A stretch of DNA of 32,000 bases from Candidatus Methylopumilus planktonicus (GCF_006364715.1 NZ_CP040984.1:421446-453445), one strand, 5' to 3'; counted from the first letter of the stretch, positions 21,465 to 30,935 are shown. Notes: generated by a model from the sequence alone, not told the origin. Numbers and translations: made by a program.

Positions 21465-21806
21465 GTGGAGTCTTTAGCCAAACTTCTTATCAAGCATAAA
21501 AATAAATACTTTATGCGAGAGTTAGAGAGCGAGTTATCTGAGTTCAAGGCTTCAAAGAAATTGATGAAAGAAATCGATGAAGCCTACTCAAAAGATTTGT
21601 TAGAAAAATGTTTTAGTGGACTTGAGCATAAGAAGCAATTCTCTCAAAAAAGTGCTGATCTTATGATTGAGCTTTGGTTTGATCTCTCAGGGTTTCAGAA
21701 ATACATTCAAAAAAATTATAGTGATGATTGGGTAGCCATTCACGATGTTATTCATCTTAATTTAAGTGAAGAGCTCATGAATGCGCATTATGATATTCAT
21801 AATTAA
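21465..21806 (+). CDS. hypothetical acidic protein, tandem paralog B
   Basis: 113 aa. The GTG start immediately follows the stop of paralog A. Confidence 0.5.
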   Translation: MESLAKLLIKHKNKYFMRELESELSEFKASKKLMKEIDEAYSKDLLEKCFSGLEHKKQFSQKSADLMIELWFDLSGFQKYIQKNYSDDWVAIHDVIHLNLSEELMNAHYDIHN

Positions 21807-21844
21807 ATGAATTAAGTCATCTTGTTTTATTTTATAATGATTGA

Positions 21845-22699
21845 ATGGAATTACAGTTCTTAGATAGCATAGAAATACTAGCCCATCGCTTGGGTACTTC
21901 TATGTCTACACTCTTTAAGATCACAGCCATTATTGTGATCGCTCTTATTTTAACTAATCTTATTCGTCGTGCAATTAACTTGTTTAGTTCCGAGATAGCC
22001 AAGAACTCTTCAGGACGAGATGCTGCAACAAGGGTGAATACTTTAGGTAGAGTTTTTAGATATATCGCATCCGTTATCATTTACTTAATCGCTTTTATGC
22101 TGATCTTAAGTGAATTGAAGATTAATATTGCCCCCATTTTAGGTGCTGCGGGTATTGTTGGTGTAGCGATTGGATTTGGAGCACAATCTTTAGTTAAAGA
22201 CTATGTAGGCGGTTTATTTATTCTGATCGAAGATCAAATAAGACAAGGTGACACTATAAAAGTCGAAGGCTATGAAGGTTCAGTTGAAGAAATTACACTC
22301 CGCTATGTAAGACTCAGGGATTACGATGGATTTGTGCACTTTATTCCTAATGGACAAATTCGTATTGTCACCAATATGGGTCGAGATTTTTCATATGCAA
22401 CATTTGATATTACGTTAGGTTATGAAGTTAATCTCGATAAAGTAATTAAGCTTATGCAAGAGACAAGTCAAAAGTTAAGAAAATCTCTAGTCTATAAAAC
22501 TTCAGTGCTGTCTGATATTGAGATTTCTGGTATAGATCGTCTGAATGAATCTAATCTGGTAATTAAAGCAAGAATTAAGACACAAGCTATGGAACATTCA
22601 AACATTAAACGTGAATATTTGCGCTTGATGAAGCTGGCATTTCAAAAGGCAAAAATTAAGCCGCCTTATTCCCAAATTGTCGTGCACCGACCAAGGTAA
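21845..22699 (+). CDS. MscS-family mechanosensitive ion channel
   Basis: 284 aa. Three N-terminal TM helices include the pore-helix-like stretch GAAGIVGVAIGFGAQSLVKDYVGGLFILIEDQIRQGD. A beta-domain follows. Confidence 0.88.
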   Translation: MELQFLDSIEILAHRLGTSMSTLFKITAIIVIALILTNLIRRAINLFSSEIAKNSSGRDAATRVNTLGRVFRYIASVIIYLIAFMLILSELKINIAPILGAAGIVGVAIGFGAQSLVKDYVGGLFILIEDQIRQGDTIKVEGYEGSVEEITLRYVRLRDYDGFVHFIPNGQIRIVTNMGRDFSYATFDITLGYEVNLDKVIKLMQETSQKLRKSLVYKTSVLSDIEISGIDRLNESNLVIKARIKTQAMEHSNIKREYLRLMKLAFQKAKIKPPYSQIVVHRPR

Positions 22700-22704
22700 T
22701 TAAG

Positions 22705-22719
22705 GTCAAAAGTTTTGAC
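22705..22719. repeat. palindrome GTCAAAA-G-TTTTGAC (third copy of the cassette-boundary palindrome)
   Basis: 7-bp arms, 5 nt after the MscS stop codon. Confidence 0.45.
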
Positions 22720-22735
22720 ACTTCAGTAAGTAAAA

Positions 22736-22761
22736 AGCCACATTTAACCGTGGCTTTTTTT
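22736..22761 (+). terminator. intrinsic terminator after the MscS gene
   Basis: Stem AGCCAC / GTGGCT with an 8-nt loop, followed by T7. Confidence 0.75.
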
Positions 22762-22832
22762 ATGTGTGGTGTGTTCTGCTGTAAAACATCCGGAATCCGG
22801 AGATTTGGAATAATTAAGTTTTAATTGCAAAT

Positions 22833-22856
22833 AAAAAAAGCCACTCAAAAGTGGCT
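22833..22856 (-). terminator. intrinsic terminator of the 22895..23152 gene
   Basis: Stem AGCCAC (22839-22844) / GTGGCT (22851-22856), with T7 on the minus strand. Confidence 0.7.
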
Positions 22857-22894
22857 TTAATAAGTAACTATTAAGTTATGAATTAAATTTAATA

Positions 22895-23152
22895 TTACTT
22901 ACTTTCATATTCAGATCCAGGGTTAAAGCCACCATTGCCACCAATCAATAATGCATCTGTAGGGTGAAATGGTTTAAAGTCAGGTTCTACTTCAACCTTA
23001 TTTCCATATTCAGTGCCAGGATTAAAGCCACCATTACCACCAATCAATAATGCATCTGTGGGATGAAAGGGTTTAAAACCTAAATCTTCTTCTGCGAAAA
23101 GAGGAACGCTCAAGAAAGAAAGTAAAAAAACAAAAGCTAATATTTTTTTCAT
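22895..23152 (-). CDS. small secreted protein with two near-identical repeats
   Basis: 85 aa with signal peptide MKKILAFVFLLSFLSVPLFA. FKPFHPTDALLIGGNGGFNPG then occurs twice, 21/21 identical. A GGAG SD lies 8 nt upstream. Confidence 0.6.
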   Translation of the reverse strand: MKKILAFVFLLSFLSVPLFAEEDLGFKPFHPTDALLIGGNGGFNPGTEYGNKVEVEPDFKPFHPTDALLIGGNGGFNPGSEYESK

Positions 23153-23460
23153 AATACTTACTCCGGTAATTTAAACAAATCTAAATGTGCAAAATATTGA
23201 ATATTTTTTGACCTTTAGAAAATAATCGTATGCCTGAGTTATCGAGATGTCAACAATAAACAACAATTTGATTGAATATGTCTCTTTAGGAGCTTAAGGA
23301 CGGGGATTTTGCCAGGGAAGCTATTTTGGTGGAGGAGAAAAAGAAGCGTGTAAGCAACACCATAAAAAACAAGTAAAATAATACCTATGAAACTCCATCT
23401 CAAATTACTCTCTTAAATTCACCACAAGTTAATATTTTTAAGAGCTTAAAAGGTGCAAAT

Positions 23461-24198
23461 ATGAAAAAAGCATTAATCACTGGTGCAACTGGTGGCTTAG
23501 CCCAATCATTGGCTGAAAACTTAACTAAAAATAACTGGCAGCTAGTTTTAGTGAGTAGAAATTCAAAAAAACTTCAAGAAATATACGGGGATAAGCACAC
23601 TCAAATTATTGCCGACTGCTCAAGTTTCCAGGGAGTTAAACAAATATTTGATGAAATTGCAGAAAGAAACATAATCTTAGATAGCTTAGCGCATTGTGTT
23701 GGCAATATCAGGCTTGGATCACTTCATAGAACGTCCGAAGCTGATTTCTTTGATTGCATATCAGTAAATTTATTTAGTGCATTATTCACATTGTCAGGTT
23801 TTGTAGATCATTTAAAAAAATCATCTACTCATGGGTCAGCAGTTTTTGTCTCATCAGCAGCTGCCAGCATAGGCATTTCCAATCACGAACTCATATCAGC
23901 AGCAAAGGGAGGGCTTGAGGCACTTGTAAGGAGCTCTGCTGCTTCATATGCTGCTTCAAATATTCGTATTAATGCAGTTTCCCCTGGAATTTTGGATACC
24001 CCCGCTTCAGCAAATCTTTTATCAAGTGATCTAATGAGAGAAATAGCTGCGAAACAGTACCCAATTAAAGGTATTGGAAGTGTTGAAGAAGTTGCTGATT
24101 TAATGGCTTGGCTGTTATCTGAAAAAGCTCAAAGAGTCACAGGTCAAGTTTGGCCTATTGATGGTGGCTTTTCAAGTATAAGACCTTTAGTAAAATAG
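23461..24198 (+). CDS. short-chain dehydrogenase/reductase family protein (atypical active site)
   Basis: 245 aa with TGATGGLA glycine motif and IRINAVSPG. The position four residues before the catalytic Lys reads Ile (LISAAKGG) rather than Tyr. Confidence 0.8.
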   Translation: MKKALITGATGGLAQSLAENLTKNNWQLVLVSRNSKKLQEIYGDKHTQIIADCSSFQGVKQIFDEIAERNIILDSLAHCVGNIRLGSLHRTSEADFFDCISVNLFSALFTLSGFVDHLKKSSTHGSAVFVSSAAASIGISNHELISAAKGGLEALVRSSAASYAASNIRINAVSPGILDTPASANLLSSDLMREIAAKQYPIKGIGSVEEVADLMAWLLSEKAQRVTGQVWPIDGGFSSIRPLVK

Positions 24199-24253
24199 TT
24201 TTTTAGCAGCATAACCTAAAAAAATCTAAGCAATTTGCCATAGAAACGCGCTA

Positions 24254-25534
24254 TCAGTTGAGCCACATTTTTTTATAGGTATTATTAGGGTCGTATTCAA
24301 GGTTCTGTTTTTTTGTGTTAAATTTTCTTCCTCCTCTTGGATCTGTTCCAAGCCCAGCAATATATAGCCAATTTCCTTGATTACTATATACGTCATAATC
24401 AATTAATTGAGACTCAAACCATAAGGCGCCTTTTCTCCAGTCACAACTAAGATCGTAAATTAAATAACTTGCTACGATTTGCCTCATTCTATTGGAAAGA
24501 TAACCAGTAAATCTTAATTCTTTCATGCCAGCATCTATTAAATCATTTCCTGTTTCACCCTGAATCCACTTATTAAAATTTTCATCATTATGGTTTATCA
24601 AATTATTATTATTACTCAGGCCATTTTTAGAGTAGAGCTTTTTTCCAAATTTAAAATGAATAAATCTAAAATAATCACGCCATAAGAGCTCAAACCATAT
24701 CCAATATGAGCTTTCGTTTGCACCATGCTGATCTTCAAATTCTTTTATTCTGAATGCAATATATCTTGCTGAAATCGAGCCTAAAGATAACCAGGGTGAA
24801 AATTTTGTTGAGAAATTTACTCCAAATAGTTGATTGCGTGTTTCCTTATATGTGTGTGGCAGTTTTTGTAGTAAATAATTTTCAAGATGAGCTAATGCAT
24901 TTTTTTCCCCACCATGGAATTGATTCTCGAGGTAAGGAAAAGAAGCATGTTTATATTTGAGACTTGTAGGAAAATTAGTATTTGAACTAAACTCAATATT
25001 TTTATCCGGTAAAGGTGGAAGCTTTTCTGGAAGTGGTGTTGGTGCTTTAACTATAATTTTTTTCGATTCAATTAATTTTCTGAATTCTGTAAAAATATCT
25101 GGCATATTTTTTAAATCAAATGGAAGTTCATTTACTTCTATCATTGAAGACTGCCAAAACGTTTCAACAGGAATACCTAGGCTTCTAATTGATATTTCTT
25201 CATCTTGCTCTTCCGGACTGATAATTTTCTCGAAGATGATTTTAGTTGCACCAATTACCTCTGATATTTTCTTAATTTGTTCACAAATATTGCCATGCAC
25301 TTCAAGAAGATCTGAATTATGAGACTTAAGATTTTCTTTTAATTGATTTAATGCTTGCCGTAAAAAAGTTTGCCTATGAATACCAACTCTTTGGATATTC
25401 TTATAAATTGACTGATTATCTGGATGACAGAACAATGGTAGTAAAACATCACTTTCAAGAGAGGCTTTTAGAAAGGCTGTGTTATCGAATAAGCGTAAGT
25501 CATTCCTAAAACAGTAAATAGTAATATTTTTCAC
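24254..25534 (-). CDS. cryptochrome/photolyase family protein (Cry-DASH-like)
   Basis: 426 aa. The N-terminus FRNDLRLFDNTAF is photolyase-like. The FAD-domain motifs are TGYLSNRMRQIVASYL and NWLYIAGLGTDPRGGR. Confidence 0.85.
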   Translation of the reverse strand: MKNITIYCFRNDLRLFDNTAFLKASLESDVLLPLFCHPDNQSIYKNIQRVGIHRQTFLRQALNQLKENLKSHNSDLLEVHGNICEQIKKISEVIGATKIIFEKIISPEEQDEEISIRSLGIPVETFWQSSMIEVNELPFDLKNMPDIFTEFRKLIESKKIIVKAPTPLPEKLPPLPDKNIEFSSNTNFPTSLKYKHASFPYLENQFHGGEKNALAHLENYLLQKLPHTYKETRNQLFGVNFSTKFSPWLSLGSISARYIAFRIKEFEDQHGANESSYWIWFELLWRDYFRFIHFKFGKKLYSKNGLSNNNNLINHNDENFNKWIQGETGNDLIDAGMKELRFTGYLSNRMRQIVASYLIYDLSCDWRKGALWFESQLIDYDVYSNQGNWLYIAGLGTDPRGGRKFNTKKQNLEYDPNNTYKKMWLN

Positions 25535-25698
25535 TTATTTTCTATCTTTTTTGTGGATTAATGCAAAAAAACGCATCAGAGTTAATGTTATTAATGTTAC
25601 TAGATTTATAGGGTTTTAAGATAGTTTGAGAAGGTCAAAAGTAGCTAGGTTAAAAAACTGGTGTGGTAAAACCTTATCAATTCTATAAAATTAAGATT

Positions 25699-27006
25699 AT
25701 GAAAAAAATTATAAGTATTTTTTTATTGGGCATCCTCTTTGCTTGCCAAACAATACCTTCTGCAGATTCGCCCGCTTTGAGTTTGGGTAAAGACCCTCAA
25801 TTACCTGAACCAAGCTCATCAATTATCCCTACAGTAAATATTGCTAAAGCTTCGCAATGGCCAGAAGGTATCACGCCTAAAGTTAAAGAGAACTTTAGGA
25901 TAAATCTTTATTCGAAGGAACTAACACATCCTCGCTGGCTATACGTTTTACCTAACGGGGATGTTCTGGTTGCGCAAAGTAATAAACAATCCCCTAAAAA
26001 AACACAGGGTTTAAAAGATCTTATAGCTAGATACATTATGAAACGTGCTGGAGCAGGCAATGACAGCCCAGACAAAATTACAATACTTCGAGATGAAAAT
26101 GACGATGGAGTTGCTGAATTAGCCAACGATTTTTTAACTAATTTACATTCACCCTTTGGTATGACGTTAATTGGTAATGATTTATATGTAGCTAATACTG
26201 ATGCTGTTATGCGCTTTCATTATGAGATGGGCGATATAAAAATTGACACTAAAAAACACCCCCCAGAAAAAATTGTAGATTTACCAGAGGGAGAGATTAA
26301 TGCACATTGGACCAAAAACATTATTGCATCTCTGGATGGAACAAAGCTTTACGTAACAGTTGGTTCAAATAGTAATATTGGTGAGCATGGGTTAGATCAA
26401 GAAAAAGATAGGGCAGTAATTATAGAAATTGATCTTAAAACAAAACAAAAAAGAATTTATGCATCAGGTCTGAGAAATCCAAATGGTCTTGCATGGCAAC
26501 CATCTTCAGATAAGTTATGGACAGTAGTTAATGAAAGAGATGAATTAGGTAATGATTTAGTGCCTGACTATTTAACTTCCGTCAATGATGGCGATTTTTT
26601 TGGATGGCCATATGTCTATTTCAAAGACCGTAAAGACCCTCGCGTTAAAGGGTCTATGCCAGATAAGTTAAAACCTCGTTCACCCGATTATGCATTAGGG
26701 GCTCATGTTGCAGCTTTAGGTTTAGTTTTTTCTAATACTTCACAATTTAAAGCACCCTATGACAGTGGTGTGTTTATAAGCGAACATGGCTCATGGAATA
26801 GAAAGCCACGAAGTGGCTACAAAGTTGTTTTTATATCTTTTAAGAATAGTGAACCTCAAGGATTGCCGGTTGATATCGTCACTGATTTTGTAATCGAGGA
26901 TGAAGCCTATGGAAGGCCAGTAGGTTTAGCTATTGATAAAAAAGGAAATCTTCTTATTGCAGATGATGTGGGTAATCGCGTTTGGAGAATTTCTTCAAAA
27001 GAATAA
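25699..27006 (+). CDS. PQQ-dependent sugar (sorbosone-type) dehydrogenase lipoprotein
   Basis: ATG 25699 gives MKKIISIFLLGILFAC with a lipobox. Beta-propeller motifs GSNSNIGEHG, GLRNPNGLAW and GRPVGLAIDKKGNLLIADD are present. The track start at 25663 is probably too early. Confidence 0.8.
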   Translation: MKKIISIFLLGILFACQTIPSADSPALSLGKDPQLPEPSSSIIPTVNIAKASQWPEGITPKVKENFRINLYSKELTHPRWLYVLPNGDVLVAQSNKQSPKKTQGLKDLIARYIMKRAGAGNDSPDKITILRDENDDGVAELANDFLTNLHSPFGMTLIGNDLYVANTDAVMRFHYEMGDIKIDTKKHPPEKIVDLPEGEINAHWTKNIIASLDGTKLYVTVGSNSNIGEHGLDQEKDRAVIIEIDLKTKQKRIYASGLRNPNGLAWQPSSDKLWTVVNERDELGNDLVPDYLTSVNDGDFFGWPYVYFKDRKDPRVKGSMPDKLKPRSPDYALGAHVAALGLVFSNTSQFKAPYDSGVFISEHGSWNRKPRSGYKVVFISFKNSEPQGLPVDIVTDFVIEDEAYGRPVGLAIDKKGNLLIADDVGNRVWRISSKE

Positions 27007-27137
27007 GTAATTTAAGTATAAAACTTTTAGCATTACATGCAGTTCTGATGACATTCACTAATGATTTTTTGCTTGACAATAGCTAGTTTAAAAATACATG
27101 CTAACATCATATTTTTGAATTATAAGAAAATGGCTTT

Positions 27138-27332
27138 ATGAGTTTTAGAAAAAGTATCGCTCGTGTTACATTTTTATTAGCATTAATTTCACTAGCATGG
27201 TTAATTTTAGGGATTTTAGAACTAGCTCCCTTAATAATCCATATACCTGGTGAAACAAACTTAAGAGCCCACGCATCTGTAACTCTTTTATTCTTGCTTT
27301 TAGCTTCTTGGGCTTTTTGGAATGAAAAATAG
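27138..27332 (+). CDS. small membrane protein (64 aa)
   Basis: Two hydrophobic helices. First of three consecutive tiny membrane ORFs. Confidence 0.45.
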   Translation: MSFRKSIARVTFLLALISLAWLILGILELAPLIIHIPGETNLRAHASVTLLFLLLASWAFWNEK

Positions 27333-27361
27333 TAATAATCTATTAATGATAAGGAGAAGTT

Positions 27362-27532
27362 ATGCTTAAAATGTCTGATATATGTATTTTATTGTCTGTC
27401 TTTGTGGCTTTTATTACCACAGCTTATTTATGGTTTACTGGCCAACAGCAAGAAGGGTTATTTACTGCTACATGGATTCCTTCTATTTTAACTTTTGCAA
27501 TTTACTTTAAAGTTATTTCCAGAAAGGGATAA
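27362..27532 (+). CDS. small membrane protein (56 aa)
   Basis: Not in the ORF track. The product is MLKMSDICILLSVFVAFITTAYLWFTGQQQEGLFTATWIPSILTFAIYFKVISRKG. A GGAGAAG SD lies upstream. Confidence 0.45.
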   Translation: MLKMSDICILLSVFVAFITTAYLWFTGQQQEGLFTATWIPSILTFAIYFKVISRKG

Positions 27533-27534
27533 AA

Positions 27535-27663
27535 ATGACTAATACAATATTATTTAGTACAGGTTTATTCTGTTTTTTTCTTGCAATTGTTGGTGTTGTT
27601 TTAACAGTTCAAGAATTTAAAAATATGGAACTAAAAGAAAAATTAAAAGATAAGAAAAAATAA
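27535..27663 (+). CDS. small membrane peptide (42 aa)
   Basis: Not in the ORF track. The product is MTNTILFSTGLFCFFLAIVGVVLTVQEFKNMELKEKLKDKKK. It starts 2 nt after the previous stop. Confidence 0.4.
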   Translation: MTNTILFSTGLFCFFLAIVGVVLTVQEFKNMELKEKLKDKKK

Positions 27664-27700
27664 GTCGATACATTGTGGCGTTGCATACTTAAAATAGCCC

Positions 27701-28753
27701 TTATCGTTTAATTACTGTATTTTTATAAATCATTGCATTGAGAATACTTTCAGAGGCTTCTTTAATATTTGTAGGGTCATATCCACCTTCCAAAACAAAT
27801 AATACGCGGTTAGAAGCATATTTATTTGCAATTGTAGATAGAATATCTGTAGCTTCTTTGTAACCATTATTTGAATATTTTAATTGACCTAGCAAATCAT
27901 TTTCATGCGCATCAAACCCTGCTGACACCAATATAAATTCTGGCTTAAATTTTTCCATAGCAGGAATTAATTGGTTTTTTAAACCATGAATAAATTCTTT
28001 ATCACCAGCTCCTTCTGGTAAATCTATATTTAATGTATACCCATAACCTTCACCACTACCTTTTTCATTCGGGCGTCCTGTGCCAGGATAGAAGGGGTGT
28101 TGATGGATACTGAAATAGAAAACTGTATTATCGCTATAAAAAATATCCTGCGTTCCGTTACCGTGATGAACATCAAAATCAACGATCAATATTCGGTTGA
28201 TACCATATTTTTTCTGTAGATATTTTGCTGCAATTGCGACATTATTAAAAATACAGAATCCCATACCCTTATCTTTAGTTGCATGATGTCCAGGTGGTCT
28301 TGAGAATACAAAGCCACTTGAAGCCTTACCCTTCATGATTTGATCAACCCCTTCAGTGACTGCGCCGACAGATTTTCTGGCAACTTGATATGAGTATTTT
28401 GATATTACAGTGTCGCCCGTGCTTAATTTTGCAATTGATTTAGTCAGCGCTTCAGATTCTTGTTTAACAAGATGAATATATTCTTTTGAATGTGCGAGGT
28501 TTATGACATCAATAGACGCATAACCAAATGTCGGCCAAATTAAATTAGGCTTTAATTTAGAGTCATTTTTGAGAAAGTTGATTGTACTTGATATTCGATC
28601 AGAATTTTCTGGATGATTAGGCCCGGTATCATGAAGAAGAAATTGCTCATCATAAAGAATTGCAATTTTTAGCCCACTTCTTTCTGATTCAGCAATAAGA
28701 TTTATCGGCTGAGAAAGTGAGAGGATAAGTAAAAAGTTGAAAATGTATTTCAT
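27701..28753 (-). CDS. histone deacetylase-family amidohydrolase with an N-terminal signal-like peptide
   Basis: 350 aa with SRPPGHHA, DFDVHHGNGTQ and EGGY motifs. The N-terminus MKYIFNFLLILSLSQPINLIA looks like a Sec signal. It is co-directional with the TonB receptor and 35 nt downstream of it. Confidence 0.85.
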   Translation of the reverse strand: MKYIFNFLLILSLSQPINLIAESERSGLKIAILYDEQFLLHDTGPNHPENSDRISSTINFLKNDSKLKPNLIWPTFGYASIDVINLAHSKEYIHLVKQESEALTKSIAKLSTGDTVISKYSYQVARKSVGAVTEGVDQIMKGKASSGFVFSRPPGHHATKDKGMGFCIFNNVAIAAKYLQKKYGINRILIVDFDVHHGNGTQDIFYSDNTVFYFSIHQHPFYPGTGRPNEKGSGEGYGYTLNIDLPEGAGDKEFIHGLKNQLIPAMEKFKPEFILVSAGFDAHENDLLGQLKYSNNGYKEATDILSTIANKYASNRVLFVLEGGYDPTNIKEASESILNAMIYKNTVIKR

Positions 28754-28788
28754 TGATATGAGTTGTAATCATCATCTTTCTTGTATTT

Positions 28789-30933
28789 TTAAAAAGTATA
28801 CGTTAGCGTCGCTCTAGCAGTAAGAGGATAACCATACATAATATTATTATTGTTGTGAGCCGATTGATAGTAAGTTTTATCAAGTAAATTTTCTATATTT
28901 AATTGAAGTTTAGTTTGTTTGTTAATATTTGCATAAATGGCTGCATCTAATCTAGCGTATCCAGGAAGTTTTACTGCGGTTGATGTGGTTGGGGTCGCAG
29001 CAAACATATCACTTCGACTTATAACCCCTAAAGCCGCACTCCATGTTTCATTCATTTCATATTTATTCCATAACGAAAATGTATGTTTTGGTACATGACC
29101 TAATGGTGTGCCTGAAGTAATTTGTGCGTCTCCAGTGCCTTGGTTTTTTGTTATTTCTGCATCTTGATAAGTGTAGCCACCATACATGCTGTATGAGTCA
29201 AATAATTTACCTGCAACACCTAATTCAAAACCTTTTGTAACTTGACCATCAACAATAATAGTATTTGTAGGGCTTGAAGGATCTGTAATTGCCATCTTAG
29301 ACCTTTCTAATCGGTAAATAGAAGAGCTAATTGAAAAACTTTGTAATAAGTCATACTTAATCCCAGCTTCAATGTTTGTAAATTTTTCTGGATCAAATGA
29401 TTTAATGCTAGACGTAAGGGAGGTTAATTGTTCCCCAGTTCTTGGGAGATAACTTAAGCTATAGTTTGTGTATAAAGATACGGGCTCAATAGGCTTATAT
29501 ACTAAACCAACTCTAGGAGAAATAAATTGATCATTGATGGTAGCGCTATTTGCAATAGTAACGCTATCATTAAATTTAGTTTTAAATTTGTCATAACGTA
29601 AGCCTGCGATAATTTGAAATTGTTCATTCAAATATATTTGATCTTGTAAATATATAGCTTGATTAGAAATGTCAGTGGATGTATTTCGACTTCTAGAAGA
29701 ATTAAATGTTAGCAATGCAAATGGATTGGAAGCTAAAGGCGTAGGGTCAGTGCCACTATTTACAATTCTATAATTTTGATTTTCTTGTAATCCAATTTCT
29801 AAACCCGTTAGCAGTTTATGTGAAACAGAACCAGTCTTAAAGTTATATGTTAAGTCTGTTTGATTGAAAAAATTTTGTCTTTGAGTATTGTCATAATAAC
29901 CATCAATCGTGAAAGTGCCGTTAGCTTGAACTGAACTATTTGCATATACGTTTTGATAATATTTATCGTAGTCAGAAAATCTTGTGGTGTTTTTAACGCT
30001 CATACCGTTGTCGAAGGTGTGGTCAATAATTGCATAGCCATTTTTAACTATGGCTTCATTTGGACTTTGTGATGCGTTTCCAAAAAAAGTTGATCGGCTT
30101 GTTGAGAAGGGGCGGCTCTGAAGTCCATTACTAACAGAGGGAATGCCTCTATCATTCGTTCTTTTATCATTAAAATATTCCATACCTACAACAATTTTTG
30201 TTTTGTCTGATGGTTTAAATGTGAAAGTAGGATTAATAGCCTTTTTTTCACTTTCAACTCCCTGCCTAAAGCTACCCGAGTCTTCAATCATAGCGTTGAT
30301 TCTTACAGCGAGTGTTTCATTAATGCCGCTATTAAGATCTATGGATGAGCGTTTATGGTCATAGGTACCACCTTGCATTCTTAATTCATTCTTATTTTCC
30401 CAATGAGCCTCTTTGGTGACGCGATTAATTACTCCCCCAACACCGCCGCGACCGAAAATCATGCCATTAGGCCCCATTAATACTTCAACACGATCTATAT
30501 TGTAGAGATCTCGGTAATATTGAACATCATCTCTTACGCTATCTACAAATAAGTCTGATGTGCTTTGGTTACCTCTAAACCAAACACTATCTCGATTGCC
30601 TTCGCCTTGTCCTGCCATAACACCGGGGGAGTATTTAATTGCGTCCGTTAAACCTAAAAGAGACTGATCTTTTATTTGTTCTTCAGTAATGACTGAAATG
30701 GATTGAGGAATATCTCGAATACGCGTATCTGTTTTTGTTGCACTGCTTATTCTTTTTTTAAGATATGTCCTAGCCACATTGTCTTTAACTTCAATTTCAA
30801 TCAATTCAATTTTCTTCTCATCTGGACTATTTTTTTCTGACGTATTAGCAATCGAAATGCTAGGTAGTAAGCTTCCTAGCAAGATATAAGTAATTGTTTT
30901 TATGAGATATTTTGACTTAATGCATATTTCCAT
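28789..30933 (-). CDS. TonB-dependent (siderophore-type) outer-membrane receptor
   Basis: 714 aa with a signal peptide, a plug domain (IPQSISVITEEQIKDQS), a beta-barrel, and a C-terminal TYTF. Confidence 0.9.
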   Translation of the reverse strand: MEICIKSKYLIKTITYILLGSLLPSISIANTSEKNSPDEKKIELIEIEVKDNVARTYLKKRISSATKTDTRIRDIPQSISVITEEQIKDQSLLGLTDAIKYSPGVMAGQGEGNRDSVWFRGNQSTSDLFVDSVRDDVQYYRDLYNIDRVEVLMGPNGMIFGRGGVGGVINRVTKEAHWENKNELRMQGGTYDHKRSSIDLNSGINETLAVRINAMIEDSGSFRQGVESEKKAINPTFTFKPSDKTKIVVGMEYFNDKRTNDRGIPSVSNGLQSRPFSTSRSTFFGNASQSPNEAIVKNGYAIIDHTFDNGMSVKNTTRFSDYDKYYQNVYANSSVQANGTFTIDGYYDNTQRQNFFNQTDLTYNFKTGSVSHKLLTGLEIGLQENQNYRIVNSGTDPTPLASNPFALLTFNSSRSRNTSTDISNQAIYLQDQIYLNEQFQIIAGLRYDKFKTKFNDSVTIANSATINDQFISPRVGLVYKPIEPVSLYTNYSLSYLPRTGEQLTSLTSSIKSFDPEKFTNIEAGIKYDLLQSFSISSSIYRLERSKMAITDPSSPTNTIIVDGQVTKGFELGVAGKLFDSYSMYGGYTYQDAEITKNQGTGDAQITSGTPLGHVPKHTFSLWNKYEMNETWSAALGVISRSDMFAATPTTSTAVKLPGYARLDAAIYANINKQTKLQLNIENLLDKTYYQSAHNNNNIMYGYPLTARATLTYTF

Positions 30934-30935
30934 AT

